From: an uncultured Actinomycetota bacterium
GTDB lineage: Bacteria; Actinomycetota; Actinomycetes; Streptosporangiales; Streptosporangiaceae
NCBI GenBank assembly: GCA_963818995.1
Contig: CAWFUM010000007.1
Location: 15,392-79,391, forward strand
Length of the DNA: 64,000 bases
Direction of reading: 5' to 3'
Shown: positions 10,113-18,507 of the stretch, one piece after another
How positions within the stretch are numbered: position 1 is the first letter of the stretch
Layout: every line of letters begins with the position of its first letter
Translations under genes and position numbers: made by a program
Notes under the pieces: generated by a model
What the model was told of the DNA's origin: nothing
Database searches by the model: none
What the model saw: the letters and a program-made list of their open reading frames with translations, nothing else

Positions 10113-11492
10113 TCAGGCGGTCCAGCGGACGTACAGCGCCGCCGGCTTGCGGAACACCAGGCCCCGGGGGGCGGCCGGCCGGTCCGGGTCCAGGTGCAGA
10201 CCGGGGAGCTGATCAAGCAGCGCGGCCACCGCGGCGGTCGCCTCGGTCCGGGCGAGCTCAGCTCCGATGCAGAAGTGCGGGCCGGTCGCGAATGCCCAGT
10301 TCCGGCGAGCGTTCTCGCGGTGCGGGTCGAACCGGTCCGGGTCCGGGAACACGGCCGGGTCCCTGTTCGCGCCGGCTAGTGACACCGTCACCAGGTCCCC
10401 TTGCCTGATGCTGGCCTCGCCGAGGCTGATAGCAGCACAGGCGTACCGGTCGACAACCGCGGCGGCAGGCTCCAGCCGCAGCGACTCCTCGACGACGTTG
10501 CCCACGAGCTGCCGGTCAGCGAGCACAGCGCGCAGCGCCGCGGCGTCACGCAGCAAGAACCAGACGGCGTTGCAGATCATGCCCTCAGTTGTCTCAATGC
10601 CGCCGAACAACAGCACGGCGGCGTTCGACACCACCTCGCCCGGCGTGAGCGACTCAGCGGCCGCGGTCAGCACGGACGGCCGCGCGGGCCGGGTGAGCGT
10701 CTGCTCGACGCAGTCGCTCAGCTCCCGGAACGCCGCCTCGGCGGACGCGACCAGCAGGGCGGCGCCCGGTCCCGGTGCGGCGGCGCCAGCATGCTCGGGC
10801 GGCCCGAGCGCGGGCTCGTCCGCGACCGGGCCGCCCGCTGCCGGCGCCCGGGCTGCCGGCGCCCGGGCGGCAGGCGGCCGGGTCGCTGGACCGCTGGCGT
10901 CCGCCGGGCCGCCGGCGTCCGCCGGGCCGCTGGCCGCTGACAGAGCGGAAACGCCGGCGACGATGGCGTCGTACCAGGCCAGCAACCGGGTCGGTGCGAC
11001 ATCAAGCCCGAGCATGTCGGCCATCACGGCTACCGCGAGCTGACCGGCCAGGCCCCGGCGCAGCTCAGCCTGCCCGGGGCCGGCCTGGCCGGGCCGCCGC
11101 CCGGAGGCCAGTACCGTGACAAGCTCGCGGGCCTTGCTTGCGGCTGCCTCTGCCAGGCGGGATCTGGTGGCCGCCGAGCGGAGGGCACGGGCGAACGGGT
11201 CCCGGTGCTGCCGGTGCGCCTGGCCGTCGAGCGAGAGCATGCTCGGCCCCACAATTCGCGCGGTCGTGAACCGGGGGTCGTCAACGGTGAAGTCGGCCGG
11301 CGCCCGCAGCACGCGCTCGGCGAGGTCGGCGCGAGTAACCAGCCATCCGTTCAGGGCCGGCAGCCAGGAGACGGGCTCCGTCTCGCGCAGCCGCCGCAGA
11401 ACCGGGTGCAGGTCACCGGCGAGCTCGCGAGCCGTCACCTGCGCGCCCAGCGGGTACCCGGCGGGGGCGCCTGACGGCGCTGGCTCGGGCAT
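10113..11492 (-). CDS. Cytochrome P450
   Basis: 459 aa. I-helix FGGIETTEG, EXXR (ESLRLEP), heme loop FATGPHFCIGAELARTE. Carries a low-complexity Ala/Pro/Gly insert. Confidence 0.9.
   Translation of the reverse strand: MPEPAPSGAPAGYPLGAQVTARELAGDLHPVLRRLRETEPVSWLPALNGWLVTRADLAERVLRAPADFTVDDPRFTTARIVGPSMLSLDGQAHRQHRDPFARALRSAATRSRLAEAAASKARELVTVLASGRRPGQAGPGQAELRRGLAGQLAVAVMADMLGLDVAPTRLLAWYDAIVAGVSALSAASGPADAGGPADASGPATRPPAARAPAARAPAAGGPVADEPALGPPEHAGAAAPGPGAALLVASAEAAFRELSDCVEQTLTRPARPSVLTAAAESLTPGEVVSNAAVLLFGGIETTEGMICNAVWFLLRDAAALRAVLADRQLVGNVVEESLRLEPAAAVVDRYACAAISLGEASIRQGDLVTVSLAGANRDPAVFPDPDRFDPHRENARRNWAFATGPHFCIGAELARTEATAAVAALLDQLPGLHLDPDRPAAPRGLVFRKPAALYVRWTA
10838..10931. repeat. 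Two adjacent short tandem duplications inside the P450 gene
   Basis: gctgccggcgcccgg x2 (10838-10867) and ggcgtccgccgggccgc[ct] x2 (10896-10931). On the coding strand these encode the ARAPA/ARAPA and GPADA(G/S) repeats. Confidence 0.8.
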
Positions 11493-11595
11493 GAGCCGAC
11501 GTTAACATCGAAGCCGTCCGGGCCGGCGGCCGGTCCGGGCGCCCGGCCGCCTGCCGGGCGCCAGCGCTGCGACGTCCCTTCGGACGGCTGCCGTC

Positions 11596-12357
11596 CTATG
11601 CTCTGGCTCTCAGTGTGCTGCGCTCGACCAGCTCCACGGCGTGCGTGACTGCGTTGATCTTGTAATCGGGCGCGCAGTCGGTCAGCACCCGCTCGGCGGT
11701 CCTGGCCAGGTGATGCGCCAGTCCCGATAGCGCCGCCTGATGATCGCCGTCGACGAGTGCGGCCAGGATCCCGGCGTGCTCGGCATCGCCGGCCGCCTGC
11801 CAGCTGGCCGGCTCCGACAGCTGGTAGATCCTGATGTAGCGGGTCGTCCGGTCGGCGAACGCGGTCAGCTGCCGCTGCAGCGCGTGGCCCGCCCCGGCGG
11901 TGATCAGCCGGTGGAACTCGCCGTGGGAGTCGAACCAGGTGCCGAAGTCGCCGGTCTTGGCTGCCTGCCGCATGGCCGTGAGCATCCGCTTGGCCTCGCG
12001 CTGACGCGCCGGGGTGAATTCCTCCAGCGTCATCGACAGCGCGAGAGTCTCCAGCAGGATTCTGCTGGCGTAGACGTCATCGAGTTCCTGCGGGTCCAGC
12101 CCGGCAACCCTGGTCCGCTGATTCGGCTCGATCTCGACGAGGCCCTCTTCCTGCAGCATCCGCAGGACCTCGCGCAGTGGCGTCCGGCTGACGCCGAGCT
12201 GATCGGCGAGGGCAACCTGGGACAGCTTCGTGCCGGGAGTGAGCGTGCCGTCCAGAACGCACTCCCGCAGGTACGCGTGCAGTGCCGGGATCGCCTGCCG
12301 GGCCTCGGGGAGCTCGACTTTTCGCAGGCCCGGAACGATCGTCGGTGTGCGGGGCAT
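11596..12357 (-). CDS. GntR family transcriptional regulator (FadR-type, FCD C-terminal domain)
   Basis: Likely start is the ATG at 12357 (MPRTPTIV...). wHTH: LSQVALADQLGVSRTPLREVLRMLQEEGLVEI. C-terminal helical FCD-like domain with His residues. Diverges from the YciI operon. Confidence 0.85.
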   Translation of the reverse strand: MPRTPTIVPGLRKVELPEARQAIPALHAYLRECVLDGTLTPGTKLSQVALADQLGVSRTPLREVLRMLQEEGLVEIEPNQRTRVAGLDPQELDDVYASRILLETLALSMTLEEFTPARQREAKRMLTAMRQAAKTGDFGTWFDSHGEFHRLITAGAGHALQRQLTAFADRTTRYIRIYQLSEPASWQAAGDAEHAGILAALVDGDHQAALSGLAHHLARTAERVLTDCAPDYKINAVTHAVELVERSTLRARA

Positions 12358-12385
12358 GGGTCTATTCTCGCTGATCTTTGCCGTG

Positions 12386-12399
12386 AAGTGCATACACTC
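12386..12399. promoter_or_regulatory. Degenerate copy of the operator motif (AAGTGCATACACTC) upstream of the GntR gene
   Basis: About 10/14 match to AACTGCATACAGTT, 29-42 nt upstream of the GntR start codon. A possible autoregulatory site. Confidence 0.35.
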
Positions 12400-12421
12400 C
12401 GCGCTCAGGGGGCGCCGGCTC

Positions 12422-12451
12422 TTGACGTGCGCCTCAAACTGCATACAGTTT
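12422..12451 (+). promoter_or_regulatory. Predicted promoter (TTGACG-16 nt-TACAGT) with embedded operator AAACTGCATACAGTTT (copy 3)
   Basis: TTGACG at 12422-12427, TACAGT at 12444-12449, motif at 12436-12451. The ATG at 12456 lies 7 nt after the -10 hexamer with no RBS, so the transcript is probably leaderless. Confidence 0.55.
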
Positions 12452-12455
12452 ACCC

Positions 12456-12863
12456 ATGGACGCAAGCACCGCAGCTGGCGCCAGGCCGGGTCAGCCCGCC
12501 AGCCAGGGCAAGCCGGCCCTGCTCGGACAGGACTACTGGCTGGTGCTATCCGCACCGGAGCCGTCCGTCGCCGCCGCCGACATCGGCCGGCACGTCGAGG
12601 AGCATGTCTCCTGGCTGCTCGGCCTGGAGGCCGACGGCACGCTGTTCCTGTCGGGCCCGCTCGTGAGCGGACCCGGCACCGGTCCTGGCTCCGGTGTCAC
12701 GATCCTGCGGGCTCCGACCGCCGAGGACGCCGCGGAGATCGCCGCCGCGGACCCCTTCGTGCGGGCCGGGCTGCGCACGTTCCAGGTGTTCGGCTGGCGA
12801 GTCAACGAGGGCTCCATCGGCGTGCGGCTCTCGCTCGGGACGGGCGGCTACGCATGGGCCTGA
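12456..12863 (+). CDS. YciI family protein
   Basis: 135 aa with a YciI-like pattern (YWLVL......HVEEHVSWLLGLEADGTLFLSGPL......ILRA.TAEDAAEIAAADPFVRAGL). Confidence 0.65.
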   Translation: MDASTAAGARPGQPASQGKPALLGQDYWLVLSAPEPSVAAADIGRHVEEHVSWLLGLEADGTLFLSGPLVSGPGTGPGSGVTILRAPTAEDAAEIAAADPFVRAGLRTFQVFGWRVNEGSIGVRLSLGTGGYAWA

Positions 12864-12933
12864 CCGCGCCCGGCCCGGGCGCCGGTGCCGTGCACCCCGC
12901 GCCGCAGTCATCAACAGGGAGGCGGTAGCAGCC

Positions 12934-13818
12934 GTGCGCGTCGCAGTGATCGGTCTCGGCAAGATGGGGCTGCCTATCGCGTGCAATCTGATGGAACGCG
13001 GCCACGCCGTCACCGGGTACCGCCGGACACGCTCTGATCAGCTTGCCGAAGCGGGCGGCACGATCGCCCGGACTGCGGCCGAGGCGGTCGCCGGGGCCGA
13101 GGTGGTTCTCTCGATCGTGCCGGACGCCGCGGCGGTGGAAGACGTCGTTACCGGGCCTGACGGCACGCTGTCCGCGCTCCGGCCGGGCACTATCCACCTG
13201 GAGATGAGCACCATCCCGGTGGAGCGCAAGCGGGAGCTGCGCGACGCTGTGCGGGCCGCGGGCGGAGACATGCTCGACAGCCCGATCAGCGGCAGTCCCG
13301 GCATGGTCGCGCCGCGGCTGGCCACCACCTTCGTGTCCGGCGATCCCGGCAGCGTGGATGCCGCCCGCCCGGTTCTTGACGCCATCTCCGGGCCGTGGGT
13401 CTTCACCGGCGAGTTCGGCACCGGCGCGAGCATGAAGTATGTGGCCAACCTGCTGCTCGCCACCCACACCGTCGCGGCAGCCGAGGCCATTCTGCTCGCC
13501 CGCAGCCTTGGCCTGGACCTCGAGCAGGTGCAGCAGACGCTGGACAACTCGATTGGCTCCTCGGCCATCTGGCGGCAGCGCGGCCCGGTCATGCGGGACC
13601 GGCAGTGGTCACCGGCACCGGGCCCGATCGACACGCTGCACCCGATCCTGGAGCAGATCTCGGCCGCGGCGACGGCGGCCGGCCTGGACGCGCCGGTGTT
13701 CGCGGCCGCTAAGACCCTGTTCGACAAGGCGGTGGCGGCAGGCTGGGGCGAACTCGACATTGCCGCCGTGCACGATCTGCTTGACGGCCAGCCCTCCGAC
13801 CCCGGGCCGGCGGAATGA
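12934..13818 (+). CDS. NAD(P)-dependent oxidoreductase (3-hydroxyisobutyrate / 6-phosphogluconate dehydrogenase-like)
   Basis: GTG at 12934 after an AGGGAGG RBS. Rossmann motif VAVIGLGKMGLPIACNL. HIBADH-like GASMKYVANLL. Confidence 0.85.
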   Translation: MRVAVIGLGKMGLPIACNLMERGHAVTGYRRTRSDQLAEAGGTIARTAAEAVAGAEVVLSIVPDAAAVEDVVTGPDGTLSALRPGTIHLEMSTIPVERKRELRDAVRAAGGDMLDSPISGSPGMVAPRLATTFVSGDPGSVDAARPVLDAISGPWVFTGEFGTGASMKYVANLLLATHTVAAAEAILLARSLGLDLEQVQQTLDNSIGSSAIWRQRGPVMRDRQWSPAPGPIDTLHPILEQISAAATAAGLDAPVFAAAKTLFDKAVAAGWGELDIAAVHDLLDGQPSDPGPAE

Positions 13819-14762
13819 GCTTCTCCCTGGTGACGTACCGGTCCGGGGCGACGACCGGGCTCGGCATCCTGCTCCAGCCCGGCCACCGCGGTGAGGACGG
13901 GAACGGGCCGGGTCCGCCCCAGCCGGACACTGAGCTGCTGGCCCCGCCCGAGCTGAAGCGCTGGACGTCGATGCTGGACCTGATGGACTCCTGGCCGGAA
14001 GCCGCGGACCTGCTGGCCGGCCTGGATCTGGCCGGCGCGCCGCGCGAGCAGGCCGCCGAGCTGCTCGCGCCCGTCATTTACCCGCGCAAGGTGCTGTGCG
14101 CTGGCGTCAACTACCGCAAGCACATCGTGGAAATGGGCGGCGAGGTGCCCGGCGACGGCTGGGAGCCGTTCTTCTTTCTCAAGCCGCCGTCGACGACGGT
14201 GACCGGCCCGGCCGGCCCCATCGTCATCCGCGATCACGAGCGGGCCCGGTACGACTGGGAAGCGGAGCTGGCCGTTGTCATCGGGACGGGCGGCCGTGAC
14301 ATCCCGGTGGAGCGCGCGCTCGGTCATGTCGCGGGCTACTGCGTCGCCAACGACGTTACCGCGCGCGGCTATCACCGCCGGGCGGCCGTTCCGGCCGAGC
14401 CCTTCCGGTACGACTGGGTCGCGGCCAAGGCCGCCGACTCGTCCCTCCCGATGGGTCCCGGTATCACCCCGGCGTTTCTGGTGCCTGATCCTCAGGACCT
14501 GCGGCTGCGGCTCTGGGTCAACGGCGAGATCATGCAGGACGAGTCCACGGCCGACATGATCTGCGCCGTGGATGAGCTCATCGCGACCGCGAGCAGCTAC
14601 GTAACGCTCGAGCCCGGCGACGTGATCGCCACGGGCACACCCGCAGGCGTCGGCGCCGGCCGCGGCCTGTATCTGCAGCACGGCGACGTCGTGACCGTCG
14701 CGATCGACGGCCTCGGCCAGATCTCGAACCGCGTCCAGGACGCGGAGAGGAGCGAGCAATGA
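13815..14762 (+). CDS. Fumarylacetoacetate hydrolase (FAH) family protein
   Basis: ATGA overlap with the upstream gene. Contains KVLCAGVNYRKH, FFFLKPPS, WEAELAVVIG, PGDVIATGTPAGVG. Confidence 0.85.
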   Translation: MSFSLVTYRSGATTGLGILLQPGHRGEDGNGPGPPQPDTELLAPPELKRWTSMLDLMDSWPEAADLLAGLDLAGAPREQAAELLAPVIYPRKVLCAGVNYRKHIVEMGGEVPGDGWEPFFFLKPPSTTVTGPAGPIVIRDHERARYDWEAELAVVIGTGGRDIPVERALGHVAGYCVANDVTARGYHRRAAVPAEPFRYDWVAAKAADSSLPMGPGITPAFLVPDPQDLRLRLWVNGEIMQDESTADMICAVDELIATASSYVTLEPGDVIATGTPAGVGAGRGLYLQHGDVVTVAIDGLGQISNRVQDAERSEQ

Positions 14763-15226
14763 TCTTCGTATCGCATCAGCTGGCCGTGAACGAGGACGGC
14801 CAGCCAGCGCTGACGCGGGCTGACGTCTGGGCCGGCCTGGTCATGAAGGCGAACAACGCGCTGCCGTTCGTGCCGAGCATGACTTTCTGCGAGGTGACCG
14901 ACCGCCTGGACGAGAACACCTTCGACCGCGACATCGACTTCCGGGGCCAGCGGATGACCGAGCGGATCACGCTGGAGCACCCGCACCGGGTCGTGTTCAC
15001 CCGGACCTCAGGTCCGGTGCTCGGCACCATCGCCAACGAGATCGAGGGCGGGGACGACGACCTGCAGCTGCGGTTCAGCTTCGCCCTGGTCGTGACCGGG
15101 GTGCCGGGCGGGTCGGCGGAGGAGACCGGCTACGCGCAGAGCATGACCGGGGATTACCTCAAGGCGGTAGCGGCCACCCTTGCCGCGATGCGCAAGATCA
15201 AGGCAGGAGACAGCGTCCGGGCCTGA
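14759..15226 (+). CDS. SRPBCC-fold protein (DUF1857-like)
   Basis: 155 aa, ATGA overlap with the FAH gene. The family call rests on resemblance only (length, LTRADVWAGLVMKANNALPFVP...). Confidence 0.45.
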   Translation: MIFVSHQLAVNEDGQPALTRADVWAGLVMKANNALPFVPSMTFCEVTDRLDENTFDRDIDFRGQRMTERITLEHPHRVVFTRTSGPVLGTIANEIEGGDDDLQLRFSFALVVTGVPGGSAEETGYAQSMTGDYLKAVAATLAAMRKIKAGDSVRA

Positions 15227-15260
15227 GCCTGCCGCGGCCGGGAGCCGCGCGGCGCGGCCG

Positions 15261-16163
15261 TCACCCGCGCGGCTCGGAGTTCGCCAGGAAAGTGTCCGGA
15301 GGTGGCGTGCCCCACAGGTGCGGCGGCACGTCCCAGTCACCGGCAACCCAGCAGTCGTCGATCTGGTCGATATCGGAGAACCACTCGATCCAGCTGCCCC
15401 ACGGGTCCGGGTTGTAGTGGAAGAAGTTCGACCCGATCGTGTGCCGGCCGAGGCCCCAGCCCGCGTCGCGGCCGCGGGCGCGCATCCGGTCCGCGCCGAT
15501 GGCGATCGCGTCGATCGACGGAACCTCGAAGCTGGCGTGGTGGAAGCCGGGATGAGTCGAGCTGATGAAGCCGAAGATGTGGTGATCGCCCGGCCCGGCG
15601 TTGAGGAACGTCACGAAGTCGTGGTGAATGGTGTCGCTGACGTGCAGCCCGAGCACGCGGGTGTAGAAGCCGGTCATGACGGCGGGCTGCCCGGTGAACA
15701 GCAGGGAGTGGCCGAGGCGGCGCGGGCTGGTGTCCTGCGTGACCTCCCGCCAGGCGGCCGCGCCGATGCGCTGCCTGCTGGCTCCCGCGTTAATCAGGAC
15801 CTCGGCCACCGGCCGGGGCGGTGCCTGCTCGGCCGCCAGCAGCTGAACCGCGGTTCCGTCAGGGTCGCGCAGCCAGGTGCCGCTCTCATCGGCACCGGAC
15901 GGCGGCGCGATCAGCGCCGTCCCGGACCGCTCCAGCGACGCGAGCACCTCGTCCAGGCTGTCGGGCGCGAGCGTGAACGACACGTGATGAAGCCGCTTGG
16001 CCGGGCCCTGCATCATCCGCACCTGCTCCTGGCTGCGGCCCGGGCACTGCGCGATCAGGGTGCCGCCCGAGTCGGTGGTCTGCAGGCCGAAATCCGACAG
16101 GAACCCGTCCGCGACCTCCAGGTCCGGCACCTCGAGCGCGTAGTGATGAAGTCCTGAGATCAC
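15261..16163 (-). CDS. VOC-family (glyoxalase/extradiol dioxygenase-like) protein, two-domain
   Basis: Probable GTG start at 16163 (VISGLHHYALEVPDLEVADGF) after a GGGGA RBS. Second domain: LGHSLLFTGQPAVMTGFYTRVLGLHVSD...GDHHIFGFI....GFHHASFEV. Confidence 0.75.
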   Translation of the reverse strand: MISGLHHYALEVPDLEVADGFLSDFGLQTTDSGGTLIAQCPGRSQEQVRMMQGPAKRLHHVSFTLAPDSLDEVLASLERSGTALIAPPSGADESGTWLRDPDGTAVQLLAAEQAPPRPVAEVLINAGASRQRIGAAAWREVTQDTSPRRLGHSLLFTGQPAVMTGFYTRVLGLHVSDTIHHDFVTFLNAGPGDHHIFGFISSTHPGFHHASFEVPSIDAIAIGADRMRARGRDAGWGLGRHTIGSNFFHYNPDPWGSWIEWFSDIDQIDDCWVAGDWDVPPHLWGTPPPDTFLANSEPRG

Positions 16164-16181
16164 GGCTTCCCCTTTCGCGGC

Positions 16182-16197
16182 AAACTGCATACAGTTT
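16182..16197 (+). promoter_or_regulatory. Operator motif copy 4 (AAACTGCATACAGTTT) in a divergent intergenic region
   Basis: Exact 16-mer between the VOC gene (minus strand, start 16163) and the aldolase gene (GTG at 16203, 8 nt after the embedded TACAGT). Confidence 0.5.
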
Positions 16198-16202
16198 AGC
16201 GG

Positions 16203-16937
16203 GTGGACAACCAAGTGCAAGACGCCGGGAACGACGTCGTCCAAGCCGGCCGCATCCTGTCCGGCCTCGGCCTGGTGACAGCGTTCGGGCATGTCTCCCG
16301 CCGGACCGGGGACCGCATGCTGATCACCCCGGCCGCCGATCTGGCCTGCGTCGCCGCCGCTGACCTGGTCGAGGTTAACCTGGCCGCGACCTCGCTGCCG
16401 CCCGGCGCCCCGGCCGAGGCCTGGGGCCATCTGGCCGTCTACTCGGCCCGGCCGGACGTGGGCGCGATCGCGCGGGCGCAGCCGCCGCCGGCCTTCGCGG
16501 CCGCGGCCGCGCTGTCCGGCACGCCGCAGGCCGCCGGGGGCCGTTCCGGATCCCCGCCTGGATCGGCCGCTGCATCCGCGCCGGTGCTGCCGCTGCTGCA
16601 CGGCCAGGCTTGCTGGCTCGGCGAGCGCGTCCCCGTGCACCAGGACGCCCGCCTGCTCAGGTCGGGCGAACTGGCCGCCGCTGCCGCGGCCGCACTGGGC
16701 TCGTCCGACGCGCTGCTGCTGCGCGGCAACGGGGCACTGACCTGCGGCGCCTCACCAGGCCTGGCCGCCGCCCGGATGTGGCTGCTGGCCGCGGCCTGCC
16801 AGATCTGGCTCGCGGCCGCGGCCACTGGCGATCCCCGTCCGCTGGACGCTGCGGAGGCAGCGTCCTGGCGGGCGGTCGCCGCTGAACTGCTGCCCCGGCT
16901 CTGGCGGCACCTGAGCCGGCCGGCCGGCATTTCATGA
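16203..16937 (+). CDS. Class II aldolase/adducin-domain protein
   Basis: AGRILSGLGLVTAFGHVSRR...MLITP....DLVEV, EAWGHLAVYSARPDVGAIARAQPP, LLLRGNGALTCG. Contains an Ala/Gly/Ser/Pro-rich insert. Confidence 0.75.
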   Translation: MDNQVQDAGNDVVQAGRILSGLGLVTAFGHVSRRTGDRMLITPAADLACVAAADLVEVNLAATSLPPGAPAEAWGHLAVYSARPDVGAIARAQPPPAFAAAAALSGTPQAAGGRSGSPPGSAAASAPVLPLLHGQACWLGERVPVHQDARLLRSGELAAAAAAALGSSDALLLRGNGALTCGASPGLAAARMWLLAAACQIWLAAAATGDPRPLDAAEAASWRAVAAELLPRLWRHLSRPAGIS

Positions 16938-16988
16938 TCCGGTAAACCTGTGCACGCAGGCACGTGCTTAAGTCTCCAGGATCATGAA
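16931..16988. terminator. Nested inverted repeat between convergent genes
   Basis: The 10-bp perfect IR TTCATGATCC...GGATCATGAA encloses a GCACG...CGTGC hairpin and spans the aldolase stop codon. Function unproven. Confidence 0.3.
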
Positions 16989-17013
16989 ACGCGGGCCAGT
17001 GACGCGGCCAGCC

Positions 17014-17310
17014 TCAGCCGCCTGCCATCGCGCCGACGATCAGGTAGGGCTCCGTCCCGGCCGCAACAGCGTCCGGCAGCGGAACGTCCGGTCCGTCGTG
17101 CGACACGTCTTCCTCGCAGGCAAAGAACCGGATGAACGCGCGGCGGCGGCTGGTCTCCTGGTCCCTGATGGTGCCGCGCAGCATCGGATACCTGGCTTCC
17201 AGCGCGTCGAGTACGGCGCGCTGAGTCGCCGGGCTCACGACGTCGAGGCGGACCTCGCCGTTAACGTGCGCCAGCCGTCGCAGGTGCGCGGGCAGTACGA
17301 CGCGGATCAC
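17014..17310 (-). CDS. MoaD/ThiS-like ubiquitin-fold protein
   Basis: The GTG at 17310 overlaps the upstream stop (GTGA). 98 aa ending ...[10 protein letters not shown] (C-terminal Gly-Gly), with [14 protein letters not shown] at the N-terminus. Confidence 0.6.
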   Translation of the reverse strand: MIRVVLPAHLRRLAHVNGEVRLDVVSPATQRAVLDALEARYPMLRGTIRDQETSRRRAFIRFFACEEDVSHDGPDVPLPDAVAAGTEPYLIVGAMAGG

Positions 17311-18422
17311 GGCAGCGTCTGAACCTCGACCGACAGGACGGCTGGCAGGTCCCGGACGACCGGCGCCCATGAGTCGCCCGCGTCCGCCGAGGCGTAAACC
17401 TGACCGCCGGTCGTGCCGAAGTAGATGCCGCAGTCGTCCAGCTGGTCCACGGCCATCGCGTCCCGCAGCACGTTGACGTAGCAGTGCTGCTGCGGCAGCC
17501 CGTCGGTGAGCGGCTCCCACTCATCGCCGCCGGTCTTGCTGCGGTACACGCGCAGCTTGCCGTCCGGCGGGAAGTGCTCGGAGTCGCTGGTGATCGGCAC
17601 GACGTAGATGGTGTCCGGCTCGTGCGCGTGCACGGCGATCGGGAACCCGAAGTCGGTCGGCAGGTTGCCGCTGATCTCCCGCCAGGACTCCCCGGCGTCG
17701 TCGCTGCGCATGACGTCCCAGTGCTTCTGCATGTAGAGGACGTCCGGACGGGACGGGTGCATCGCGATGCGGTGGACGCAGTGCCCAACCTCCGCATCGG
17801 GGTCAGGGATGCCCTCAGACTGCAGCCCCTTGTTGACCGGCCGCCAGGTCTGGCCGGCGTCATCGGACCTGAAGGCGCCGGCGGCTGAGATCGCGGTGAA
17901 CATCCGGTCCGGCGTGACCGGGTCCAGGATGATCGTGTGCAGGCACATCCCGCCTGCTCCCGGCTGCCAGGATGATCCCGAGCCGTGGCCGCGGAGGCCC
18001 GGCAGCTCCTGCCAGCTCTCGCCTCCGTCGACCGACTTGAACAAGCCGGCATCCTCGACGCCGGCGTAGACGGTGTCGCGGTCATCAAGCCCTGGCTCCA
18101 GGTGCCAGACGCGCGCGAACTCCCAGGGGTGCGGCGTCCCGTCGTACCACTGGTGCGTGCCGGGCGTGCCGTCATAGCTGAACCGGTTGCCGACCGGCTC
18201 CCAGGTCGCGCCGCCGTTGTCCGAGCGCTGGATCACCTGTCCGGACCAGCTGCTTGACTGGGACGCGTAGAGCCGGTCCTGATCGGCCGGCGAACCTGTG
18301 ACATGGTAAATCTCCCAGCCGGCGAAGTGCGGGCCGCTCACCTCCCACTGCTGCCGCTGGCCGTCGGCCGTCAGCACGAACGCGCCCTTACGCGTGCCGA
18401 CCAGTACTCGTACGCCGCTCAT
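17307..18422 (-). CDS. BNR/Asp-box repeat beta-propeller protein (sialidase/Ycf48-like fold)
   Basis: ATG at 18422 after a GGAGAGG RBS. At least five Asp-box motifs ([40 protein letters not shown]). Confidence 0.75.
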   Translation of the reverse strand: MSGVRVLVGTRKGAFVLTADGQRQQWEVSGPHFAGWEIYHVTGSPADQDRLYASQSSSWSGQVIQRSDNGGATWEPVGNRFSYDGTPGTHQWYDGTPHPWEFARVWHLEPGLDDRDTVYAGVEDAGLFKSVDGGESWQELPGLRGHGSGSSWQPGAGGMCLHTIILDPVTPDRMFTAISAAGAFRSDDAGQTWRPVNKGLQSEGIPDPDAEVGHCVHRIAMHPSRPDVLYMQKHWDVMRSDDAGESWREISGNLPTDFGFPIAVHAHEPDTIYVVPITSDSEHFPPDGKLRVYRSKTGGDEWEPLTDGLPQQHCYVNVLRDAMAVDQLDDCGIYFGTTGGQVYASADAGDSWAPVVRDLPAVLSVEVQTLP

Positions 18423-18507
18423 CTGCCTCTCCATTCCGCGCCCGCCTGCATGCGCCACTCATCCGACGATCGGCGATCCGCCGGATGGACACCCCCAGGG
18501 CCCTAAT

